DNA of 64,000 nucleotides, from the NCBI GenBank assembly GCA_002269645.1, contig NIVC01003615.1:1-64000 (forward strand), read 5' to 3'. Both the position numbers and the translations under genes were made by a program. Positions 53,997 to 64,000 of this stretch are shown here, piece after piece. The notes under the pieces are model-generated. The model worked only from the letters and a program-made list of their open reading frames with translations, was not told the DNA's origin and ran no database searches. Origin of the DNA: Macrostomum lignano (Eukaryota). Every line of letters starts with the position of its first letter. Position 1 is the first letter of the stretch.

Positions 53997-54265
53997 CCTG
54001 TGAGCAGTGCTTGGGGATTGAGACTCGGCGGCAACGCAGAGTTGATGAGCTTCGGTAAGTTTCCCGCGCTTGGCTGGTCGGTCGGAGCAGATAAAATGAC
54101 TGTTGAAGTCAGAGATAAAGCTGCCACTCTGCCGTTCTTAGTAGCATTGGTTGACCTTCGCACCTGCTGAGCTGCTGATAACAGCGCTGTACAGTCAGCA
54201 ACAGAGAGTGGATGAGTGAACGCGCCTTTCATGTGTTCTTCAAGGTGTGCTTTGCCTTGGTCTGA

Positions 54266-54770
<505 letters not shown>

Positions 54771-55104
54771 GGTGCAATCTTTGTCTTTGCATGCTTGACA
54801 CCCCAGCAGGACTTTGGCACAAAGTTTTCAAGAGAAATGATGGTATGAAATCCATGGTATTCTCTAAATCTCAGTTTCAGACGAAAATGAAACTCTCTGA
54901 GTTGGACTGTTTATATATATAGTGGTCTAAATTTAGCAACAGTTGTTTCGAAGCTCGCTTTACATCTAGGCACAATTTTACCTGAAGTTTTTTCTACAGT
55001 AGAAGACGCAAACAAATAAATGCTTGCTTATAAACTTCAGGTGTTTTATAAAATCGACAAGCATATAATTTTGTATTAAGTTCCTTTTCTTCATAATAAT
55101 GTCG

Positions 55105-55455
55105 ACGGGTAAATGTCGGTGGGTAAATGTCAGTGGGTAAATGTCGGTGGGTAAATGTCGGTGGGTAAATGTCGGTGGGTAAATGTCGGTGGGTAAATGT
55201 CGGTGGGTAAATGTCGGTGGGTAAATGTCGGTGAGTAAATGTCGGTGGGTAAATGTCGGTGAGTAAATGTCGGTGGGTAAATGTCGGTGGGTAAATGTCG
55301 GTGGGTAAATGTCGGTGGGTAAATGTCGGTGGGTAAATGTCGGTGAGTAAATGTCGGTGGGTAAATGTCGGTGGGTAAATGTCGGTGGGTAAATGTCGGT
55401 GGGTAAATGTCGGTGGGTAAATGTCGGTGGGTAAATGTCGGTGGGTGAATGTCGA
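55105..55455 (+). repeat. (GTCGGTGGGTAAAT)n 14-bp repeat
   Basis: Directly visible. Confidence 0.95.
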
Positions 55456-55917
55456 TGGGAAAACTGTTCCAGAAACATATAAGCATGAGTTTGGATTCCA
55501 TCGGGTCGAGAGACTAAAAAGCTCACATTCTCATTATTTACTGAATTTTCTTAGCACTCGTTCTGCTCTCTTTCTCAGTCTCAAGTTCCACTAGGGCGAA
55601 ATTCGCGGCCTCAACGCTGGCTAAATTTGGCAACAACAAAAAATTTTTCTTTCGCTTTGAGACCCCGTGCAGAGTGAGTGCAGTTTGACTAAAGCAACTA
55701 CCCGATGAGTCACACAGCTGCCCAGTCTGCTGCATCCTGAGTGCTGCGAGGCTTAAGCAAAAATTTATTTAAATTGCAAATGTATAAATATATCTTTGCA
55801 CATAAAGATGCTGCTTAAGTGCCACTAAGCTGACGAAAACAGGTGAGGGGAACCTCAGCTTTGGGGAACTTCAGCCTGGCCTAGTTGTACTGCTTTCCAA
55901 TTCCTTCATTTGAATTT

Positions 55918-56750
55918 GGGATTGTGAAGCTTGGGGATCGTGACGATTGAGGATTGTGAAGATTGGGGATTGTAAAGATTGGGGATTGGGGATTGGTGAA
56001 GATTGGGGATTGTGAATAGAGGATTGTGAAGATTGAGGATTGTGAAGCTGGGGATTGTGAAGCTGGGGATTGTGAAGATTGTGGATTGTGAAGATTGGGG
56101 ATTGGGGATTGGTGAAGATTGGGGATTGTGAATAGAGGATTGTGAAGATTGAGGATTGTGAAGCTGGGGATTGTGAAGCTGGGGATTGTGAAGATTGGGG
56201 ATTGTGAAGATTGGGGATTGTGAAGATTGGGGATCGTGAAGATTGAGGATTGTGAAGATTGGGGATTGTAAAGCTGGGGATTGTGAAGCTGGGGATTGTG
56301 AAGATTGGGGATTGTAAAGCTGGGGATTGTGAAGCTGGGGATTGTGAAGATTGGAGATTGTAAAGCTGGGGATTGTGAAGCTGGGGATTGTGAAGATTGG
56401 GGATTGTGAAGATTGGGGATTGTGAAGCTGGGGATTGTGAAGATTGGGGATTGTGAAGATTTAGGATTGTGAAGGTTGGGGATTGTGAAGTTTGGGGATT
56501 GTGAAGATTGAGGATTGTGAAGGTTGGGGATTGTGAAGTTTGGGGATTGTGAAGATTGGGATTATTGAAGATTTAGGATTGTGAAGGTTGGGGATTGTGA
56601 AGGTTGGGGATTGTGAAGGTTGGGGATTGTGAAGGTTGGGGATTGTGAAGGTTGGGGATTGTGAAGGTTGGGGATTGTGAAGGTTGGGGATTGTGAAGGT
56701 TGGGGATTGTGAAGGTTGGGGATTGTGAAGGTTGGGGATTGTGAAGATTA
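55918..56750 (+). repeat. (GGGGATTGTGAAG[A/C/G]TT)n ~16-bp repeat
   Basis: Directly visible. Confidence 0.95.
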
Positions 56751-57328
56751 GATTTTGTGAAGACGAGATTAGAAAAGATCAAAGATTAGATGAACCAATA
56801 AATTAGTCATCTTTGCTTTAGTTAGTTCGGTATCAGCTGCCAGAAGTTTCCCCAAATAGGTGTCAATCGTTGCCGAACTTTGCTCCAAGAAAAGAACCGC
56901 TTTTCGAAAACGAAGTTCGAGTTTGCAATTTTCGTAATTAAGCAATTTCAGCAGCAATAAATTATATTTCCGAGTCGCGAAGCAATTCTCTCCATTTATG
57001 GCCCCCAGCTGAGAATGATGGCTACGCTCGGTGCTGGAGGCGGCTGGCCTGGAGACCTCTGGAGGCTGTTTTTTCGGAGGGGTTTCGTCGGGGTGGGCGG
57101 TCGAAAATAAATAAAGCTGGCCAGAGAGAAGCGGCTGGCGTGAGCGAGCTGGGGCCGGCGGGCACCGGCGGGAACGGGGCTGTTGGCCCCCACCCCGCCG
57201 CCCTGCCACGTCAGCTTGCAGCCGAGGTCTCGACCAGTTGGCCTGGAGGGGTGGGGGGGGGGTAAAAGACAGAAGTTGAGCACAATAGTAAGACAACATC
57301 GGGCACAATGAGGCAAGCATCTCAATGC

Positions 57329-57490
57329 CCAAATTTGGCAATGGAAGCGAAGCCCATCAAAATTGCGCCAAGTCCAAATATGGCAATGGACCGCCGGGCC
57401 GGCGCGGCCTACAAATAGGCGCTACTCGGAGCAGCCGAGCCACTCCTCACTGCCACAGCCACCTGCGCTAAATCTATCAGTTTCTATAAG
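57329..57490 (+). promoter_or_regulatory. Actin promoter: two CArG (SRF) boxes and a TATA-like element
   Basis: CCAAATTTGG (57329-57338) and CCAAATATGG (57374-57383) both fit CC(A/T)6GG. A TATAAG lies at about 57485, roughly 35 nt before the ATG. CArG boxes upstream of actin genes are established knowledge. Confidence 0.7.
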
Positions 57491-57502
57491 CCAACTCGCT
57501 AA

Positions 57503-58753
<1,251 letters not shown>

Positions 58754-59630
58754 ACTCCCCGCCTGCGCGTGACTTTAAATGAAATTAATTTACATTCATG
58801 TTGCATCTCGTCTTACTCGGAATCAGACGCACTTTTGCACTAAATCAATAAACAGACTTTGACAGCCGTCAGCTGGCCAATTAGCTCGGTTTTTTTTGTA
58901 ATGCCACGCTTAAAAACAATTTTTGTATAATAAGCAACGCACTGACTTGGTTTCGTGGTTCCTACTGTTTTTATAAACTATACTCAGCGACATAAAAAAG
59001 TCGCCATCACAGAAGATTCCGTCTGTGGTCGCCACTTTTGAGAGTGCAGGTAAAGCTTCTCAATCTTTGCGAGTGACGCAACTTAGCTACGCCGCGATAG
59101 ACTTGACGCCGCGTTGGACGGATTAATGCTACCTCGATCAGTTTTCTCATACTTCAGTTATCTTTTATTTCAGAATAGTCCAAGAGAAGTTACTCGCTGG
59201 CGCATATAGTGGCGATTTTTCGATGTTGCTGAGTATATATCTGATATTACAACAATATGAGCTCAATTTTACAAATTGAGAGGGCAACTACTATAGGACG
59301 GCTAACGTATTTAGTAAGTTTAGCCCTCTAAGTCCTAAGTAGCAACCAGTTCAAGCAGATTAATACAGAACTATCGCCGACATGCACACCTGCTATTCAC
59401 GCCGAGTTCCTACAGCGCACGCTATATCTACAACCTGTACTGAGCTGAGCAGACTTAACCTCTAGCATAGTTGGGTCAAAACTGATACGGCGGGTTGAGT
59501 ACACGCTTGTAGAGGCGCACGCAGCGCTCATTCGATCTTAAATATGCGTGCGTAAAGGTTAGAAGCCAACTCTGCACTGTGACTGGAATCTGCAGCCGCT
59601 GATCTAAACTTTTAGCTGCAGTTGGCAAAA

Positions 59631-60515
59631 ATGTCGCTTAACTGGAAAGACTGGATTACGCCCAGATATTCCGCCGATGCCATCGTGCAGAAGGTGGCCG
59701 AAGAATTTGAATACTTTGACGATGACATTGTGGTGTCCACCTACCATAAGTCTGGGACGACACTAACGCAGGAGATGATCTCCTGTCTGATTCTGGGGCC
59801 GGAGAAGACTAAGAACACGGCACTCCTGCGCAGGTCGCCCTTCATCGATTTCTACAAGCACCTGCCCAGAGACCCCATGGAAGAGGCGCGAACGCTTCCC
59901 AGGCCGCGGGTGCTCAAAACCCACCTGCCGCCGGCCTTCCACATGCGTCATTTGAGCGACCGTTCTCCCGACGTGGGACCTAAGAACGTCATTGTCATTC
60001 GCAACCCCAAAGACGTTGTTGTGTCGGCCTTTCACCACTTCACCGGGACGAAACTGTTCGACGGCAAGCCGATTCCGGACAAGTTTTCCGAGTACTGGCG
60101 CAGCGCCATCTTCCAGCCGGGGAACGTCTCGCACCACGACATTTTCGACTTCAACCGGTCCTGGTGGTCGTTTAAGGACCACCCGAGGGTCTTCGTGCTG
60201 TTCTACGAAGACATCGTGCGGAACAAAGCAGATCAAGTCCGAAAACTGGCCAAGTTTTTGGGAGTCGAGCTCACCGACGAGCTGCTCGAGGCCACCCTGG
60301 ACCTCACCAGTTTCCAGACTATGCGGGAGAACCCTAACGTGAACTACTCCATTGCCGAGAGGGCCAAGGATGATTGGAAGCCGGGCAGCAACTTCATTCG
60401 CAAGGGCGAGATCGGCGACTGGAAGAATCACTTTACAGTAGCCGAGAACGAGGAGTTCGACCGGTACATCGCGGAGCGGATGCGCGGCTGCGACTTGAAG
60501 TTCACGTTTGAATGA
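59631..60515 (+). CDS. Cytosolic PAPS-dependent sulfotransferase (SULT family), single coding exon
   Basis: 5'-PSB loop STYHKSGTT, RVLKTHLP (catalytic His), 3'-PB RNPKDVVVSAFH and C-terminal FIRKGEIGDWKNHFTV. The ATG is at 59631, just after an acceptor-like TTTAGCTGCAG. Confidence 0.95.
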   Translation: MSLNWKDWITPRYSADAIVQKVAEEFEYFDDDIVVSTYHKSGTTLTQEMISCLILGPEKTKNTALLRRSPFIDFYKHLPRDPMEEARTLPRPRVLKTHLPPAFHMRHLSDRSPDVGPKNVIVIRNPKDVVVSAFHHFTGTKLFDGKPIPDKFSEYWRSAIFQPGNVSHHDIFDFNRSWWSFKDHPRVFVLFYEDIVRNKADQVRKLAKFLGVELTDELLEATLDLTSFQTMRENPNVNYSIAERAKDDWKPGSNFIRKGEIGDWKNHFTVAENEEFDRYIAERMRGCDLKFTFE

Positions 60516-61239
60516 GTTTACATGTATGTGGAGCAGCAGAAAACTTTTTATATTTCTGGGTGCCTGGCTATCATAGAGCATTGCTACATTTTGATATCTT
60601 GATTTGATTTGCTGACACTTATTGCAATTGACAGCATCGGACAGCATCCGATTCAAAAAAGACTCAAACTGCACGAGTGATGAATGGAGTCTGAAGCTGT
60701 ATGAAAATAAATGGAAAAATGAAAAAAACCGAAACTGCCGTGTTTATTAATTTGCGTTTCGAATGGTTTGGAACTTTAATAGTTCTTTTTGGTTTTGACT
60801 ACTAAGCATAAAACTGAATCCATCAAGCGTAGGCGATGAGTCCAATTTTACAATTGCGAATTATAGACACCAAACTGATTCGCATTGAGCATTCAGCCAT
60901 CATTGGAAGTCGCACGTATAGAGCCAACAAAACTTTATATGCTGAGTATGATCTCAGCTTCCGCGCAGCAGTTGCGGCATACAAAAGGCCAGCAAGTGCA
61001 GTCATCATCTACCATGTTCGCACCTTTTGTTCACCTTTCAGTGAATGTAGATGCTGCAGAATGAACTCTCTAGCATAAAATCAGCTCACTTAGCCCAGTC
61101 ACCTACAACGTAACTCTGGAGATCTCTCGAAAAGGCTGAGACATCTCATGAAGGAGCGCCTGTTCAGTATAATTGTTATGGCAGCACTGCTTTTAGCTAG
61201 TGATTGACAGCGGCGGGCTCAGCCAGTCTATCTGACTCC

Positions 61240-62785
61240 CAGATCACCTAATCTATCTGACTCTCAACCAATCTATCGGACTCTCACCCAAACTATCAGA
61301 CTCTCACCCAATCCATCAGACTCTCATCCAATCTATCGGACTCTCATCCAATCTATCTGACTCTCACCCAAACTATCGGACTCTCATCCAATCTATCTGA
61401 CTCTCACCCAATCTATCGGACTCTCATCCAAACTATCGGACTCTCATCCAATCTATCTGACTCTCACCCAATCTATCAGACACTCACACCCAATCTATCT
61501 GACTCTCAACCAATCTATCTGACTCTCACCCAATCTATCGAACTCTCATCCAATCTATCGAACTCTCACCCAATCTATCGGACTCTCACCCAATCTATCG
61601 GACTCTCACGGAATCTATCTGACTCTCACCCAATCTATCAGACTCTCACAGAATTTATCTGACTCTCACCCAATCTATCAGACTCTCACCCAATCTATCG
61701 GACTCTCACCCAAACTATCAGACTCTCATCCAATCTATCAGACTCTCACCGAAACTATCGGACTCTCATCCAATCTATCTGACTCTCACCCAATCTATCG
61801 GACTCTCAACCAATCTATCGGACTCTCACCCAATCTATCGAACTCTCATCCAATCTATCGAACTCTCACCCAATCTATCGGACTCTCACCCAATCTATCG
61901 AACTCTCAACCAATCTATCGAACTCTCATCCAATCTATCGGACTCTCACCCAATCTATCGGACTCTCATCCAATCTATCTGACTCTCACCCAATCTATCC
62001 GACTCTCACCCAATCTATCGGACTCTCACCCAAACTATCAGACTCTCACCCAATCTATCAGACTCTCATCCAATCTATCGGACTCTCACCCAATCTATCG
62101 GACTCTCACGTAAACTATCAGACTCTCACCAAATCTATCAGAATCTCACCCAATCTATCTGACTCTCATCCAATCTACCAGACTCTCATCCAATCTGACT
62201 CTCACCCAATCTATCAGACACTCACACCCAAACTATCGGACTCTAACCCAATCTATCGGACTCTCAACCAAACTATCAGACTCTCACCCAATCTATCAGA
62301 CTCTCACCCAATCTATCAGACTCTCACCCAAACTATCGGACTCTCACCCAATCTATCGGACTCTCACCCAATCTATCAGACACTCACACCCAATCTATCT
62401 GACTCTCACCCAATCTACCAGACTCTCATCCAATCTGTCTGACTCTCACCCAATCTATCAGACTCTCACCCAAACTATCGGACTCTCACCCAATCTATCG
62501 GACTCTCACCCAATCTATCAGACACTCACACCCAATCTATCGGACTCTCACCCAATCTATCGGACTCTCACCCAATCTATCAGACACTCACCCAATCTAT
62601 CTGACTCTCACCCAATCTACCAGACTCTCATCCAATCTGTCTGACTCTCACCCAATCTACCAGACTCTCATCCAATCTGTCTGACTCTCACCCAATCTAT
62701 CAGACTCTCACACAATCTATCGGACTCTCACCCAAACTATCGGACTCTCACCCAATCTATCGGACTCACACCCAATCTATCGGAC
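61240..62785 (+). repeat. (CTCTCACCCAATCTATCGGA)n 20-bp minisatellite
   Basis: Directly visible ~1.5-kb intergenic array. Confidence 0.97.
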
Positions 62786-63234
62786 TTTGTATTAAGCATG
62801 AAAATCAGATTCTAGTGTGCGACCATTTCGAGTTTGAAATGACTCAAACAAAAAATAATGCAATAACAAACTAAAATCATGTTTTACTTGAACAAACGAG
62901 CGAAATAGCACTAAGCCTTTAATTATTAATCATTTCTTATATTTCCATTTTAGACAGTACAGAACAGTCGGTTTAAGATTACAAAGACGGCAAATAAGAA
63001 AGTAAACACAAGTACTTGCTTTATCGCTGGATAGCCACATAGTTTCATTAGCGTTTTAAAGCCTAAAGGGGCAAACTAGATTACTAGTAGTAGTATTTTT
63101 TATCAGACGTTAGCGGGCGCTGAGACGCAGGAAAACCTTCTAGTTGGGCTGAATAAGTAAATTGGGATAAACTAAAGCATAGCATAGAACAATATTGATG
63201 CTTCAAACAAGAGTTCCGCCGGGCTCCGTCCCGG

Positions 63235-63639
63235 TCACTCAGCAGCCACCGGGTTGTACTGATAGTGCAGATTGGCCGTGTCGTAATTGCCGATGAACTT
63301 CCAGCCGTCGGGTTTCACCAGGTACAGGTTGTTGCTGTTGCCGCTGCCGATGTCGCGGTAGGTGGCATGGTAGATGGCCCGCCTGCCCAGCTCGAGGGCC
63401 TCATCGTCGGTCATGTCCCAGCGGTAGCAGGTGTCCAACACTCCGTAGGCGTAGGTAGAGCCGGAGCCCACGGCGAACAGGTTGCCGGAGTGCCTGGTGC
63501 CGTCATCGTCAACATAGTAGAGGCCTGGGCCTTTCTTGTCCCAGCCGACAATCATGGTGCCGATGCTGAGGCCGTAGCCTTTGTAGTTGTACAGAATATT
63601 CGCCAGCAGCTTGGAGGCGGCGGCAACGCTGATGCGCTC
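63235..63639 (-). CDS. PSMB5: Proteasome subunit beta type-5-like, terminal exon (5' exons outside the window)
   Basis: After the acceptor at 63640 the exon reads [44 protein letters not shown]...[15 protein letters not shown]...[16 protein letters not shown], which matches the beta5 family. Confidence 0.95.
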   Translation of the reverse strand, partial: ERISVAAASKLLANILYNYKGYGLSIGTMIVGWDKKGPGLYYVDDDGTRHSGNLFAVGSGSTYAYGVLDTCYRWDMTDDEALELGRRAIYHATYRDIGSGNSNNLYLVKPDGWKFIGNYDTANLHYQYNPVAAE

Positions 63640-64000
63640 CTGCGTGCGTGGGAGAGGTGCAAAATATGCTCGATGAAGACGGTACTTGGGAAAGAATCAT
63701 CCCTGAGGCGCTACAGGTGACATACGTAAAATTGGAAAGAAGAAGCTTGAGATGACTTTAAAACCACGAGATGTCACGGTAAAAGTCGCCAAAAATCGTC
63801 AAAGAGTCGCCTAAGAGTCACTTTGTTATTGCCTGCGACTTTGGAAAAACACAATGGGTAGCGTATTTGAACGGTATTCTCAACTGAGGTATTTTCGGTT
63901 AGCTAAATTTAACTATCAACCCCGCAACAAGTGCGCAACCTATTTTGCTCTCACTTAGAAGAAATTCAATTCAAATTCTGTCATGGCTACTCTTCAGTAG

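Noticed and set aside
59763-60674. 303-aa antisense ORF over the sulfotransferase
   Set aside because: Shadow of a GC3-rich sense CDS, with no recognisable motifs.

Overview
This is eukaryotic (animal) genomic DNA. It has GT-AG spliceosomal introns, GC-rich coding exons, AT-rich spacers and many intronic minisatellites. The style suggests a free-living flatworm such as Macrostomum, but that is an inference and was not tested. Left half (1-31 kb): the last two exons of a Ly6/quiver-like GPI-anchored protein, then an 11-exon minus-strand DUF4062-NACHT-WD40 (NWD1/2-like) gene that ends in a spliced DPY-30-type motif and carries many 1-nt frameshifts. About 11 kb of transposon debris and palindromes follows, then an intact 4-exon gene fusing 11 divergent plus 3 canonical ankyrin repeats to a cGAS/Mab-21-like nucleotidyltransferase (cGLR), and a possible death-domain fragment. 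Right half (32-64 kb): TMEM181, an unidentified multi-exon gene, a WS/DGAT acyltransferase, an actin, a cytosolic sulfotransferase and the last exon of proteasome beta5. In this half most long introns and spacers hold their own tandem array. I found no rRNA, tRNA or CRISPR array. The best candidate for something new is the ankyrin-cGLR and its innate-immune-like neighbourhood (STAND NTPase, possible death fold). All protein calls come from motif recognition by eye; no database search was run.
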